Shown: positions 49,881 to 60,478, numbered from the stretch's first letter. The stretch is 64,000 nt of DNA from Salinispira sp. (GCA_965602015.1 OZ271918.1:960001-1024000); one strand, 5' to 3'. The notes: generated by a model not told the origin, from the letters alone. Program-made: numbers and translations.

Positions 49881-50663
49881 TCAGTCGGTGACCCGGGTTG
49901 CCACAGCGTAGTACAGTCTGCGCGGCAGTATGGTCGGCAATGCGGCGATTATCTTATTGAAGAATCCGGGGATCGCGATGATCCGCGGATTTTTTTTGCG
50001 GATATGCTTGAGACTGAAGCGCGCCACATCCTCGGCGCTCTGCCATCGTATGATTCCCGCACTGCGCCGTTCCCGCTCCCATTCCGGGAGTCTGTCGTGG
50101 AAATCCGTGACGGTGAAACCCGGCAGGAGTGCCTGGACGGCAATGCCCGACGGCTTCAGTTCGAGGGCCAGGGATTCGCTGAAACGGGTGAGAAAGCTTT
50201 TACTCGCGCAGTACATGACGGATTTCGGCAGGCTCTGCTGCCCCGCTATTGAACTCACATTGATAACCTGTCCGCCGCCCTGTTCAATCATACCGGGAAT
50301 CAGCCCCCGGCACAGCAAGGCTACGGCCTTGCAATGTACATAAAGCATGCCCATCTGATTTTCCGTGCTGTCGGACAGGAAGTCCCGGCCGGCGCCGTAG
50401 CCGGCGTTGTTAATTAAAAGGTCAATGCCGGTGCGTCGGCCTTCGGCGATTAACGCTTCGACGGTGGCATTATCTCCCAGATCGCCGGTGACCAGCCGAA
50501 GTTCGCCGGCCCCCGATTGCGCGAGTTCGTCCATAAGAGTCCGGAGTTTCTCCTCCCGCCTGCCGTGAAGGATGATGTCCCAGCCTTCCTTCGCCAGGAG
50601 CCGTGCGAACGCCGCGCCGATTCCCGAAGTCGCTCCAGTAACAAGAGCTCTTTTTTGCTTCAT
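49881..50663 (-). CDS. Short-chain dehydrogenase/reductase
   Basis: TGATSGIG, NNAG, YCASK. Confidence 0.93.
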   Translation of the reverse strand: MKQKRALVTGATSGIGAAFARLLAKEGWDIILHGRREEKLRTLMDELAQSGAGELRLVTGDLGDNATVEALIAEGRRTGIDLLINNAGYGAGRDFLSDSTENQMGMLYVHCKAVALLCRGLIPGMIEQGGGQVINVSSIAGQQSLPKSVMYCASKSFLTRFSESLALELKPSGIAVQALLPGFTVTDFHDRLPEWERERRSAGIIRWQSAEDVARFSLKHIRKKNPRIIAIPGFFNKIIAALPTILPRRLYYAVATRVTD

Positions 50664-50711
50664 GCGCTTCCCCTCAGCTCCGCCTCCGGCGCAATCCCGA
50701 TGTTCCCCGCT

Positions 50712-51944
50712 TTATTGGGCACCGGCTGTATCCAGTGCCCGGCTAACATCGGCGATGATGTCGTCAATATGCTCCAGCCCAACGGAAATCCGCACAAACC
50801 CGTCGCTGATTCCCACTGCCAACCGTTCTTCCCGGCTGAGCTTGGAGTGTGTTGTGCTTGCCGGATGGGTGGCGATGCTTCGGCTGTCTCCCAGGTTTGC
50901 CGAGAGGCTGATCATTTCTAATGAGTTAAGGAAGGTCCTGCCTGAATCAAGCCCGCCCCTGAGTTCAAAGCTCACCAGGGCGCCACCCCTGCGCATCTGG
51001 CGACGGGCGGTTTCCCAGGACGGGTGCTCCGGGTCGTGGGGGTACTTCACCGACGCTACCGCCGGGTGCTGTTTTAAGGCTGCGGTAAGCTTTTCCGCAT
51101 TGTCGCAATGCCGGTCCATTCGAACTCCCAGGGTTTCCAGGCTTTTCGAAAGAATCCATGCATTAAAGGGGCTGAGGGCCGGGCCGCTGTGTCGGGCAAA
51201 AAAACGGGCTCGGGAAATGCTCTCGCGGTCACCCAGGAGGGCTCCGCCGATGGCCCGACCCTGGCCGTCAATGAATTTCGTCGCCGAATGACCAACGATG
51301 TGAGCCCCGAAATCAGCGGGATTTTGCAGGTAAGGAGTCGCGAAGCAATTGTCCACGTTAAGCAGAATACCTGCCGCGGCGGCGACTTCCCCGAGCATAT
51401 GCATATCAATGATATCGAGGGTGGGGTTTGACGGGGTTTCGCAAAAAATCATCCGGGTGTTGTCCCGTATGGCGTTTTCCCAGCACCCGCGCGGGTTTTC
51501 CCGGTAGGCTGGGCTGGTAATATCAAGATAGCTGTATTCTATGCCGAAGCGCGGGAGTATTTGGGTGATTATCTGATGAGTACTGCCGAATACCGAGCGG
51601 CTCGCCAGCAGGTGATCGCCTTTATTCAGATAGGACAGGAGACCGACGAACATGGCAGACATACCCGAGGCCAGGGCCAGACCGTCCTCGCAGTTTTCCA
51701 AGCTTGCGAGTTTTTCTATGAACTCGTCTGTGTTTGGGTTGCTGTAGCGGCTGTATATATTTCCATCCCGCTCCTCCGCGAAGAGGGCCCGGGCATCTTC
51801 CGCATCATCGAAGGTGAAGCTCGAGGTCATGTATATCGGCGCGCTGTGTTCCTTCATATTTTTTCGCGGCATCTGCATGCGGATTGCCCGGGTCTCAAAA
51901 TGCCTGTCAGAATGCCCGTCAGATGTGCTTTTCTGTTCACCCAT
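50712..51944 (-). CDS. metZ: O-succinylhomoserine sulfhydrylase-type PLP trans-sulfuration enzyme
   Basis: YSRYSNP, ETPSNP, DNCFATP, HSATKF, HPASTTH. Confidence 0.85.
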   Translation of the reverse strand: MGEQKSTSDGHSDRHFETRAIRMQMPRKNMKEHSAPIYMTSSFTFDDAEDARALFAEERDGNIYSRYSNPNTDEFIEKLASLENCEDGLALASGMSAMFVGLLSYLNKGDHLLASRSVFGSTHQIITQILPRFGIEYSYLDITSPAYRENPRGCWENAIRDNTRMIFCETPSNPTLDIIDMHMLGEVAAAAGILLNVDNCFATPYLQNPADFGAHIVGHSATKFIDGQGRAIGGALLGDRESISRARFFARHSGPALSPFNAWILSKSLETLGVRMDRHCDNAEKLTAALKQHPAVASVKYPHDPEHPSWETARRQMRRGGALVSFELRGGLDSGRTFLNSLEMISLSANLGDSRSIATHPASTTHSKLSREERLAVGISDGFVRISVGLEHIDDIIADVSRALDTAGAQ

Positions 51945-52374
51945 GGCTGGCCCCCGGTTCTGTGTTTTCGATGGTCATATCGTAGGTAATTTCAGCGGAC
52001 TTCTCGAGCATCACGGCGACAGAACAATATTTTTCAACCGCCAACTCTAATGCCCGTCGGCATTTCTCCTCATCCAACCTTCCCCAAAAGCGGTAATGCA
52101 TGTGGATTTTTGTGAAGGGTGAGGGTATGCCTTCGGCCCGTTCAGCGCTCACATCGATCTTTAAATCCTTGAGATCCATGCGTTGTTTGGTGATGATATG
52201 AACCAGATCCATGGCGCTGCAGCTCGCCAGTCCCGCGAGGACGGTTTCCATCGGCCTGAATCCCAAATCCTTGCCCCCCACCGCAGGACCTCCGTCTATA
52301 TCGATGGCGTTGCCCTGGGGGTTTTTGGCGCGAAAGTGCACCGCATTGTTTTGTCGTTCGAGGGTTATGTTCAT
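51937..52374 (-). CDS. OsmC family protein (YhfA-like)
   Basis: RPME...LASCSAMD...KYCSV. Confidence 0.9.
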   Translation of the reverse strand: MNITLERQNNAVHFRAKNPQGNAIDIDGGPAVGGKDLGFRPMETVLAGLASCSAMDLVHIITKQRMDLKDLKIDVSAERAEGIPSPFTKIHMHYRFWGRLDEEKCRRALELAVEKYCSVAVMLEKSAEITYDMTIENTEPGASHG

Positions 52375-52479
52375 TCGTCCGTCCTGAATGGCATGAATAT
52401 TTTCTTAACTATATGAATCATGTTTAGACTTGTCCAGCATTGACTTGCGCATCGGGTTTTCCGCCAGTACATTAGAACC

Positions 52480-53382
52480 ATGAATGTGTATACCGTCGAT
52501 CAAATAATCGGGAAAACGCCTCTCGTCAAGCTTCGTACCATGTACAAGGGACCCAACATCATCGCCTGCAAACTCGAGGGAAATAATCCCGGAGGATCGG
52601 TGAAAGACCGGCCGGCCCGGCAGATGATACTTGACGCCGAAGAGGCCGGACGCATATCCCCCGGAGATACCCTTATTGAGGCCACCAGCGGAAATACCGG
52701 CATTGGTTTGGCCATGGTGGCGGCTATCCGCGGTTATACAATGAGACTGATCATGCCCGAGCATATGAGCGCCGAGCGAATTGCCCTGATGAAAGCCTAT
52801 GGAGCCGAGGTGGTGTTAACTCCCCGGGAAAAAAGCATGGAGGGCTCCATCGACCTTGCCCGTGAAATGGAAAGTAGAGGAGAAGGGGTTATTCTCGATC
52901 AGTTTGCAAATCCCTCCAATCCCGAAGCCCATTACCGCAGCACGGCACCGGAGATATGGGACGACACGGACGGCAGGGTCACCCATTTCGTCGCATCTAC
53001 GGGAACAACCGGCACCCTGATGGGCTGTTCACGCTATCTGAAAGAGCGCAACGGGAATATTCAGATCATCGGTGCCCGCCCCGATTCACAAGGAGGCATA
53101 CCGGGAATCCGCGCCTGGCCGGAGGCATACCTTCCGGGTATTTTCGAGAAGGAGCGGCTTGACCGCCTCGTCGAGGTATCAAAAGATCGGGCGGAGCAGA
53201 CCACCCGGCAACTCGCCGCGGAAGAGGGAATTTTTGCCGGCATTTCAAGCGGCGGCAATGTGGCGGTCGCCATGCAGATCGCCCGGGAGTTAGATGACCA
53301 GGGCGTCAGCAATGCAATAATCGTCACCATTATTTGCGACCGGGGAGACCGCTATCTGTCTACCGGGGTTTTTCCCGCCTAG
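52480..53382 (+). CDS. cysM: Cysteine synthase B
   Basis: NPGGSVKDR, TSGNTG, IPGIRAWP, CDRGDRYLS. Confidence 0.92.
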   Translation: MNVYTVDQIIGKTPLVKLRTMYKGPNIIACKLEGNNPGGSVKDRPARQMILDAEEAGRISPGDTLIEATSGNTGIGLAMVAAIRGYTMRLIMPEHMSAERIALMKAYGAEVVLTPREKSMEGSIDLAREMESRGEGVILDQFANPSNPEAHYRSTAPEIWDDTDGRVTHFVASTGTTGTLMGCSRYLKERNGNIQIIGARPDSQGGIPGIRAWPEAYLPGIFEKERLDRLVEVSKDRAEQTTRQLAAEEGIFAGISSGGNVAVAMQIARELDDQGVSNAIIVTIICDRGDRYLSTGVFPA

Positions 53383-53737
53383 GTCAGCAAGCGACGGCCA
53401 AGGGCCGATAACTCCGGAAATGATTCGTCATTTTGCCAACGCGAGCTGTTACCAACAGAAGCTCTTGCTGTTTATATGATGAAAAGAGCGAGGTGTTCCC
53501 TCCTAAGGTTTTGGATTGTGAATGATAAAGGCGGTTTTGGCTTCTTTTCCCGCTTTTTTTTGTCGTTTCCTGCGGTCGATGACGGGTCAGAGCCAACCCG
53601 CCGTCGGCCGTTTCTTTTTAAAAGGTTGCAGGAGCACAACATGGATATTATTATGAGAGTACTAAATACCCGAGCGTTTTTATAAAATACTGAAACACAC
53701 CAGCGGCAACCCGCCGCAACGCGCCAAAGGAGAATCA

Positions 53738-56446
53738 ATGTCATATTCCGATGTATTTGGAGTGCTGAAAGAGTTCAGCGCAGGGGGAAAAACCGTACAG
53801 TACTTTTCCCTGCCGGAGCTTGCCAAAGCCTATCCTCAAATCAACAATTATCCCATCAGCATTAAGGTTCTGCTGGAGTCGGTCCTGCGCAACATCAATG
53901 AAAAGGAAGTGACCAGCGATCATCTCAAAGCCTTTCTGGACTACAATCCCGAAGAGCCGTCTGATGTGGAAATTCCCTACACACCCGCCAGGGTTTTGCT
54001 GCAGGATTTTACCGGGGTTCCCTGCGTAGTTGATCTGGCCGCGCTTCGTTCGGCCATGGAGAGAATGGGCGGAGATCCCTCTCGGATAAATCCCCAACTA
54101 CCGGTTAATTTGATAATCGACCATTCGGTAAGCATTGATTTTTACGGTCACACCGATGCCTTCCGCAAGAATGCCGAAAGGGAGTTCGAGCGGAACCGGG
54201 AGCGCTACGAGTTCCTGCGCTGGGGACAGGGCGCCCTGGAGAATTTCCACGTGGTGCCGCCGGCGAGCGGAATTTGCCATCAGGTCAACCTTGAGTACCT
54301 GGGAAAGGTGGCCCAGACCAAAAGCGAAGGCGGCAAAAACTATGCGTATTTCGATACCCTGGTCGGAACCGACAGCCATACAACTATGATAAACGGTCTG
54401 GGGATACTCGGATGGGGAGTAGGGGGTATTGAGGCTGAAGCGGCAATGCTCGGCCAGCCCATTTACATGCTGGCTCCTCCGGTGGTGGGAGTGAAGCTTA
54501 TCGGCAGCCTGCCGCGGGGTACCACCGCAACCGACCTGGTGCTCCGGGTTACTGAATTGCTGCGGGCCCACGGCGTTGTGGGGAAAATCGTTGAGTACTT
54601 CGGCCCCGGTCTCGATGTGCTCACGGTACCCGACCGGGCGACCCTCGCAAACATGGCACCGGAGTACGGCGCCACCGCCGGTTTTTTCCCCGTCGATAAA
54701 CAGACCCTCGATTACATGTACAACACCGGCAGGGACTCGGTAGTGCTGGAAATCGCCGAAGCCTATTGCCGAGCCCAGGGCGTTTTTCGGGATGATTCCA
54801 TTGCCGAGGCAAAGTACGAAGCGGTTCTCGAGCTCGATCTCAACAGCATTGTTCCGGCCATCGCCGGTCCTAAACGACCCCAGGACCGAATTGACCTAAA
54901 AAATGTAGCTCCGGAGTTTGACCGGCTGATGTCAGCCCCCATAAAAAGCGGAGGCTTCGAAGAACCCGCCGACAAGCTGCAAACCAAGGTGAAGGTCTCT
55001 CTGTCCAACGGCGAAGAGGTGGAGATGACCCATGGCGACGTGGTCATCGCCTCCATAACCAGCTGCACCAATACCTCAAACCCGTCGGTTCTTATGGGTG
55101 CCGGACTGTTGGCAAAAAAGGCCGTGGAAAAGGGGCTGCAGAGCAAGCCCTTTGTCAAAACTTCATTTGCGCCTGGTTCGGTAGTGGTTACCGAGTACTT
55201 AAAAACCGCCGGGCTCATGCCCTATCTTGAGAAACTCGGTTTTCACCTGGTGGGTTACGGCTGCACCACTTGTATTGGCAACTCGGGTCCCCTGCCGGAG
55301 GAAATCTCCGCCGCAATAGAGGAAAACGGTCTGGTGGCGGCGGCGGTTCTCTCAGGAAACAGAAACTTCGAGGGGCGGGTAAACCCGAGCACCAGGGCCA
55401 ATTTCTTGGCTTCCCCGCCGCTCTGCGTAGCCTATGCCATTGCGGGGAACATGAATGTCAATCTCGAAACCGATCCCCTGGGAACCGGAAGCGACGGCCA
55501 GCCGGTGTATCTTAAGGACATCTGGCCCAGCAATGAGGAGCTGGCGGATTACGTCTCAAAGGCCATGGACCGGGAATCATTTCGGAAAAGCTACGGCGGC
55601 ATCGAGGAAAGCAATCCCCAGTGGAATGAAATTGAGCTCAGCTCATCCCAGGTGTACGGCTGGAAAGAAGAGTCCACCTATATTCAGGAGCCGCCGTTTT
55701 TCGTCGATATGCCCATCGAGGTAAAACCCATCGAGGCTATTCATTCAGCTCAGGTGCTCGTTAAGGTCGGCGATTCGGTGACCACAGATCATATCAGCCC
55801 CGCGGGAGTCATTGCGCCGGACAGTCCGGCAGGCAGCTATCTCGGCGAGAAGGGGGTCAAGCGGTTTGATTTCAACTCCTACGGAAGCCGGCGGGGTAAT
55901 GACCGAATCATGACCCGGGGAACCTTCGCGAACATCAGACTGCGGAACCAGCTCGCGCCGGGAACCGAAGGAAGCTGGACGGTCCATCATCCCTCGGGCG
56001 AGCAGATGAGCATCTACGAAGCCAGCCTGAAGTACAAGGAAGCCGGCACCCCGACCATCGTCCTGGCAGGCAAGGACTACGGCATGGGTTCGAGCCGGGA
56101 CTGGGCTGCCAAAGGGGTGTATCTGCTCGGCGTCAAAGCAGTCATCGCCGAGAGCTTTGAGCGAATCCACAGAAGCAACCTTATCGGTATGGGCGTCCTC
56201 CCGCTTATGTATCAACCCGGGGAAACTGCCGAAAGCCTTGGTTTAAACGGTGATGAGCAATTTACCGTACACGTAGGCGACAAGGTACAGCCTAAAGAGC
56301 TGATTCATGTGGAAGCCGTGGCTCCAGACGGCAAAAAAACCGAGTTCAAGGCGATTTGCCGCATTGACAGCTCCGTGGAGGTTGAATACTACCGAAACGG
56401 CGGCATCCTTCACACGGTGTTGAGGAACTTTATAAAAAACAGCTAG
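53738..56446 (+). CDS. acnA: Aconitate hydratase A
   Basis: QDFTG, DSHT, SCTNTSNP, GCTTCIGNSG, GSSRDWAAKG. Confidence 0.97.
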   Translation: MSYSDVFGVLKEFSAGGKTVQYFSLPELAKAYPQINNYPISIKVLLESVLRNINEKEVTSDHLKAFLDYNPEEPSDVEIPYTPARVLLQDFTGVPCVVDLAALRSAMERMGGDPSRINPQLPVNLIIDHSVSIDFYGHTDAFRKNAEREFERNRERYEFLRWGQGALENFHVVPPASGICHQVNLEYLGKVAQTKSEGGKNYAYFDTLVGTDSHTTMINGLGILGWGVGGIEAEAAMLGQPIYMLAPPVVGVKLIGSLPRGTTATDLVLRVTELLRAHGVVGKIVEYFGPGLDVLTVPDRATLANMAPEYGATAGFFPVDKQTLDYMYNTGRDSVVLEIAEAYCRAQGVFRDDSIAEAKYEAVLELDLNSIVPAIAGPKRPQDRIDLKNVAPEFDRLMSAPIKSGGFEEPADKLQTKVKVSLSNGEEVEMTHGDVVIASITSCTNTSNPSVLMGAGLLAKKAVEKGLQSKPFVKTSFAPGSVVVTEYLKTAGLMPYLEKLGFHLVGYGCTTCIGNSGPLPEEISAAIEENGLVAAAVLSGNRNFEGRVNPSTRANFLASPPLCVAYAIAGNMNVNLETDPLGTGSDGQPVYLKDIWPSNEELADYVSKAMDRESFRKSYGGIEESNPQWNEIELSSSQVYGWKEESTYIQEPPFFVDMPIEVKPIEAIHSAQVLVKVGDSVTTDHISPAGVIAPDSPAGSYLGEKGVKRFDFNSYGSRRGNDRIMTRGTFANIRLRNQLAPGTEGSWTVHHPSGEQMSIYEASLKYKEAGTPTIVLAGKDYGMGSSRDWAAKGVYLLGVKAVIAESFERIHRSNLIGMGVLPLMYQPGETAESLGLNGDEQFTVHVGDKVQPKELIHVEAVAPDGKKTEFKAICRIDSSVEVEYYRNGGILHTVLRNFIKNS

Positions 56447-56464
56447 AGTCCGCACAAAATTCTG

Positions 56465-56496
56465 CCCCGCGGTCCCAAAGGATCGCGGGGTTTTTT
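56465..56496 (+). terminator. Intrinsic terminator after acnA
   Basis: CCCCGCGGTCC-caaa-GGATCGCGGGG-TTTTTT. Confidence 0.8.
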
Positions 56497-56902
56497 ACAT
56501 GCCCAGCATTTCCAGGTTTTTCCGCCGGTGGTATGCCAGGGCGGCGGAGATACAGCAGATCAGGGCTTCAGTCGGAAGGCGTTCTTTTATGTTGAGGAGA
56601 ATTGCCCGGTTTCCCGAAAATGCCAAAGCGTCGCCGAACACCACGCGAAAGGTGGATACCAGTTTGCTGCCGCAGGAAAAGAACACTCCCAGCACCTCAG
56701 GGGTATCTTCCTTCCAGGCAACTCTGACCGGGCTTCCCTCCCGGGTTACAAAGCTCGGCTCGCCCCATTTCAGAAGCTCTTGCACGTCTCCATGCCCGTC
56801 CCGGGCAGCGGTTTCATGGATCAGATTTCTGACCTTCTCTGCCATTTTCCCGGCTTGCGGCGGGTAGCTGTCAAATATTTTGCTGATTCTCTTATCCTTC
56901 AT
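56495..56902 (-). CDS. DUF1801 domain protein
   Basis: LKWGEPSF...GNRAI...ALAYH. Confidence 0.78.
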   Translation of the reverse strand: MKDKRISKIFDSYPPQAGKMAEKVRNLIHETAARDGHGDVQELLKWGEPSFVTREGSPVRVAWKEDTPEVLGVFFSCGSKLVSTFRVVFGDALAFSGNRAILLNIKERLPTEALICCISAALAYHRRKNLEMLGM

Positions 56903-56950
56903 GACTGCCTCCTGAAAATACCGCCCGGTGGCTCCGGGCGGCGGGTAGTC

Positions 56951-57457
56951 CTATTGTACGCCGATAACAATTCTGAACTGACTTTCGTCGGGCTTTACAT
57001 CCTCAAGCCGGTATACTTCATAGTCCACTGCAAAGCGGCGACGACGTCTGAAATCCTCGGAAGCCCAAACTTTCTGCCAGGTCTCCAACCCGATTTTGTC
57101 AAATGGCCCCCGGGGAGTTAAAATCTCGAGATATTCACCGGCGGGAACGGTTATGCCGATCATGCCCTCCGGCACTCCGGCGGAGTCGGCGACCCGGGTT
57201 CCGAGAAAAAAATTGTAGGGCCCCCTATCATCGCTTTCAATGTCGTGATACACGGCGATAATTTCCTGCTCATCGATGCGATTCGGAATCTGATCGTACA
57301 TCTTTTCCGTGAGAAATTTTCGCCATAAATCGGGAATCACTCCATCGCCTTGCATCTCGTTGATATTCGATGTTCTGGCTGAGATTCCGATTATGTGCAT
57401 AGCCTCTTTGTAGGAGGCCCTTCCAAAGTCCTTCAACTCATCAATGTTCTTTTTCAT
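56951..57457 (-). CDS. GyrI-like small-molecule-binding protein
   Basis: IGISARTSN, IPDLW, VPAGEY, DYEVY. Confidence 0.85.
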   Translation of the reverse strand: MKKNIDELKDFGRASYKEAMHIIGISARTSNINEMQGDGVIPDLWRKFLTEKMYDQIPNRIDEQEIIAVYHDIESDDRGPYNFFLGTRVADSAGVPEGMIGITVPAGEYLEILTPRGPFDKIGLETWQKVWASEDFRRRRRFAVDYEVYRLEDVKPDESQFRIVIGVQ

Positions 57458-57553
57458 ACCCTATCCTCTTATTGCATGTTCTCAAGCTTGATGGTTCGAG
57501 GATAATAAAACGGGAAATCAGAATCCTGATAATTTGTGCTGAATGTGAAGGGT

Positions 57554-58450
57554 TTATTTGATGGGAATGTAAATCTCGGAAACCGGTGATGAGGAGAAGA
57601 AACGGTCGTCAAATACATCGAAATCGACGCTGTAGTCCCGTTCATATCCGCCGTTCGGCATCCAGTTTCCGTATATATAATTCCAACCGGCGATTATTTC
57701 CTCATCAGAGGAGCCCGGAACAGTGAACACCATGTATTTGCAGGGCTTTACGCTGATAAGCCGATAGGCATTTACATCTTCCGGATCCGACTCGAGAAAA
57801 CGTCGGGGATCGGAGCCAGCGTTTTTCTGTACCGGACAGCCGAGAAGTATGGTGAAATTTTCTTCGTAATCCCAATCGAAGTACACCCCATAGTTAGCAC
57901 CTTCGATCCGATTGACGATGTTGCGGTCAAGGCCCTTCCCGTAAAAATCCCGCCATGCCATGGGAACGTCCCGTTCATTGCGCTTGTCCCGCATGCTTGT
58001 GCGGTAGGTCTTGCCAAAAAGCGTAATTGACGCCCTGCTTGCCGGATAAAACTCGATATCTCCCTGTTTATATAGCACAGCGGAATTTCTTTCTCGAAGG
58101 TCCATCGGGGGAAAGATACGGTGCTCAAGCCGCTGCTTTACCTCGCTCGGCGAGAAGCCGTACTCCGCCTGGAAGGCACGGGCAAAGGCCTCGGGCGACC
58201 CGTACTGATATTTGAGCGCCACATCGATTACCCTGGCTCCCTTCATCAGGAGTTCGGACCCGGCTTCCGCCAGCCTTCGGCGCTTGACATATGCATACAA
58301 TGAGTATCCGGTCACGAGCCTGAAGATTCGCTGGAAATGCCAGCGCGACTGGAATGCCGCCCGGCTGACATCTTCAATGGTAAACGGCTCGCAAAGGTTA
58401 TTCTCCACGAACTCCAGGGCCCTGTGTATTGCGGCGTAATAATCGACCAT
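57554..58450 (-). CDS. AraC family regulator with a C-terminal GyrI-like domain (Rob-like architecture)
   Basis: SRWHFQRIF...DVALKYQYGSPEAFARAF; WNYIYGNW. Confidence 0.9.
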   Translation of the reverse strand: MVDYYAAIHRALEFVENNLCEPFTIEDVSRAAFQSRWHFQRIFRLVTGYSLYAYVKRRRLAEAGSELLMKGARVIDVALKYQYGSPEAFARAFQAEYGFSPSEVKQRLEHRIFPPMDLRERNSAVLYKQGDIEFYPASRASITLFGKTYRTSMRDKRNERDVPMAWRDFYGKGLDRNIVNRIEGANYGVYFDWDYEENFTILLGCPVQKNAGSDPRRFLESDPEDVNAYRLISVKPCKYMVFTVPGSSDEEIIAGWNYIYGNWMPNGGYERDYSVDFDVFDDRFFSSSPVSEIYIPIK

Positions 58451-58498
58451 ACAGAATAAGCTTAGCGGTTTTTTCGCGTAATGTCTTATTCCGTTGGT

Positions 58499-58545
58499 AG
58501 TGCCCCGAAAACAGCTGATTTAAATTAGCTATACATTTTCCGGGA
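58499..58545 (+). repeat. Solo end of the MITE-like element
   Basis: GTGCCCCGAAAACAGCTGATT (58500-58520) is a 20/21 match to the IR at 11172; similarity to the 11318 end continues for about 25 nt. Confidence 0.55.
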
Positions 58546-58657
58546 CAGGATTTACCTGCCGTTCTTTGGCTGTGTTGCCACAATAAAAAAAAAGCAGTTT
58601 TTCTCGTCCTGACTGTAATTATTCTCGACTATTGGGCAAGTATACCGGTAAGCAGAT

Positions 58658-59227
58658 ATGAGAAAATACTTTCGAAATGATAATCAGGCCGACGGGAGCA
58701 CTGCCTTGAACTACCTTTTTGAAGAATACGGGAGGCGAATGTACACTTACCTCCGTTACCATTGCAGTTCCCCGGAAGAAGCGGAGGATCTCACCGGAGA
58801 TGTTTTTGAACAGGCCTTGAGATCTTTCGGCTCATATGATCCGACAAAGGGATCTGTTTCTTCATGGCTATACGGTATTGCACGACACCGCCTCGCCCGT
58901 CATCGGCTTACATCAAAGCATGATTCTAATCGGAGAGAGTATGTCGAAGAAAAGGTCATTGCCAAAACACTTACTCCTGAAGAAAAGGCAGTGTTGTCCG
59001 AGAGGCAGCTGATGGTGATAGAGGGAATGAAGCAACTGCCAGGTCAAATCAGGGATGCCGTGGCAATGCGGTTTATGGCAGGGCTGACGAACAGCGAAAT
59101 ATCAAAAATAACCGGTATTTCCCCAGCTCATGTGGCCGTGCGTGTTCATAGGGGTCTTCGGGCATTGCGAAAAAAATTTAGATCGGAGGAAAACGATGAA
59201 GGAATACAAGGCGGAAGCGGCCGATAA
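58658..59227 (+). CDS. ECF sigma factor
   Basis: AEDLTGDVF, SWLYGIAR, region 4 EISKITG...VHRG. Confidence 0.9.
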   Translation: MRKYFRNDNQADGSTALNYLFEEYGRRMYTYLRYHCSSPEEAEDLTGDVFEQALRSFGSYDPTKGSVSSWLYGIARHRLARHRLTSKHDSNRREYVEEKVIAKTLTPEEKAVLSERQLMVIEGMKQLPGQIRDAVAMRFMAGLTNSEISKITGISPAHVAVRVHRGLRALRKKFRSEENDEGIQGGSGR

Positions 59228-60071
59228 ATCTGCAGGTAAACACTCGGGATTCACCGGTGCCGCCCGTGTGAAAGAGATATTAGGAGAAACCTATCTGGAT
59301 ATGCCGGGTCAGTTGGCAAGACTCGATTCCCGCTTAACCATTTCACAGTTGCCCAAGGCTCCGGCGGATGCGGTCTTTTCCCGGAAGCAAAAACGTCACA
59401 ATATCTTCCGGCCCCGCTTGGGCATTGCCGCTGCATTGGCTGCGGCAATGATTATATTTAGCATAGAGCCACTCAGGATAGCCGGTCAGGACGCTATCCG
59501 TCTCGTCCTGGAGCGGCTTTTTCCAAGAACGCAGGAGGCAAAAATCTCCATCGACAGCCCCGATTCATTTTTCGAAGCCGGGCTTTTTTATGAAAATCCA
59601 GAGCAATTTTCTGAAAGTCTTCCCTTCACCCCCCGCCTTTGGAAGGACTACCCCGAGGGTTCATACTCCATCGGTTACGAGTATCTGGAAGATAGACGGA
59701 TAGCTGTTCAATGGTATAACGGACCCACTGCCTATGTGCGGATATCTCAACAGCCCCTTGAATATGCCCAGGGCGAAAGCCTTCTTTCTTACCCCTTTAA
59801 CTTTGTTATTCCAGCCGATGCGCTGACCGAAAGGGTAAACCTCGGCGAATTCGAGGCAGAACTTGTCCGGGGGATGTGGGTCACTTCCGTACATGCTGGA
59901 AACGATAGCGAGTACCGTTGGGATTCTGGCTTTTGGGCATGGACGCTCCGCTTCGCTGATTTCCAGTTCATCTTTGAAATCATGATCATGCCGAATGCAG
60001 CGAGCGAAGAAATAAACATGCGGGAATACATACAGGAAATCGCCAGGAATATTACCGGCTCAACGACATAA
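59196..60071 (+). CDS. Putative single-TM anti-sigma factor
   Basis: Overlaps the ECF gene; one TM helix (LGIAAALAAAMIIF) followed by an extracytoplasmic domain. Confidence 0.6.
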   Translation: MKEYKAEAADKSAGKHSGFTGAARVKEILGETYLDMPGQLARLDSRLTISQLPKAPADAVFSRKQKRHNIFRPRLGIAAALAAAMIIFSIEPLRIAGQDAIRLVLERLFPRTQEAKISIDSPDSFFEAGLFYENPEQFSESLPFTPRLWKDYPEGSYSIGYEYLEDRRIAVQWYNGPTAYVRISQQPLEYAQGESLLSYPFNFVIPADALTERVNLGEFEAELVRGMWVTSVHAGNDSEYRWDSGFWAWTLRFADFQFIFEIMIMPNAASEEINMREYIQEIARNITGSTT

Positions 60072-60088
60072 CCCGCGTAGAGTCTGGG

Positions 60089-60478
60089 TCAATGGGGTAA
60101 CTTGAAAATCGAGCCTTCGCGCTGATAGCCAAGCTTCACGTAGTATGGGTCCACATCGCTCATCACAAAAACATCGTAACCGGAAAACTTCGCTATCAGG
60201 GGAGCCATCAATCTGCGCCCGAGATTTTGACCCCGGTAGTCACGGCGGACCAAGAGGTCGCAGACATAGATATAAAACCCGAAGTCTTCGATTGATCGGC
60301 TAAACCCTACGATAGCACGCGCATCTTCGGCGACAAATGTAATTGATTTTTCCAAAGATTGCTTGTATGCGTTTCGATGTCTCTTATCATGGTAGCAGGA
60401 CCACTCGTCGCCTTCCGATTGCAGAAGGGCCAGTATAGCGGGAAAATCGCGGTCTGCAGCGTATGGACGCACAATCAT
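60089..60478 (-). CDS. GNAT family acetyltransferase
   Basis: DLLVRRDYRGQNLGR, YYVKLGY. Confidence 0.88.
   Translation of the reverse strand: MIVRPYAADRDFPAILALLQSEGDEWSCYHDKRHRNAYKQSLEKSITFVAEDARAIVGFSRSIEDFGFYIYVCDLLVRRDYRGQNLGRRLMAPLIAKFSGYDVFVMSDVDPYYVKLGYQREGSIFKLPH

Noticed and set aside
53383..53737. SAM or other known riboswitch near the sulfur genes
   Set aside because: No recognisable consensus on either strand by eye; kept only as a low-interest structured region.
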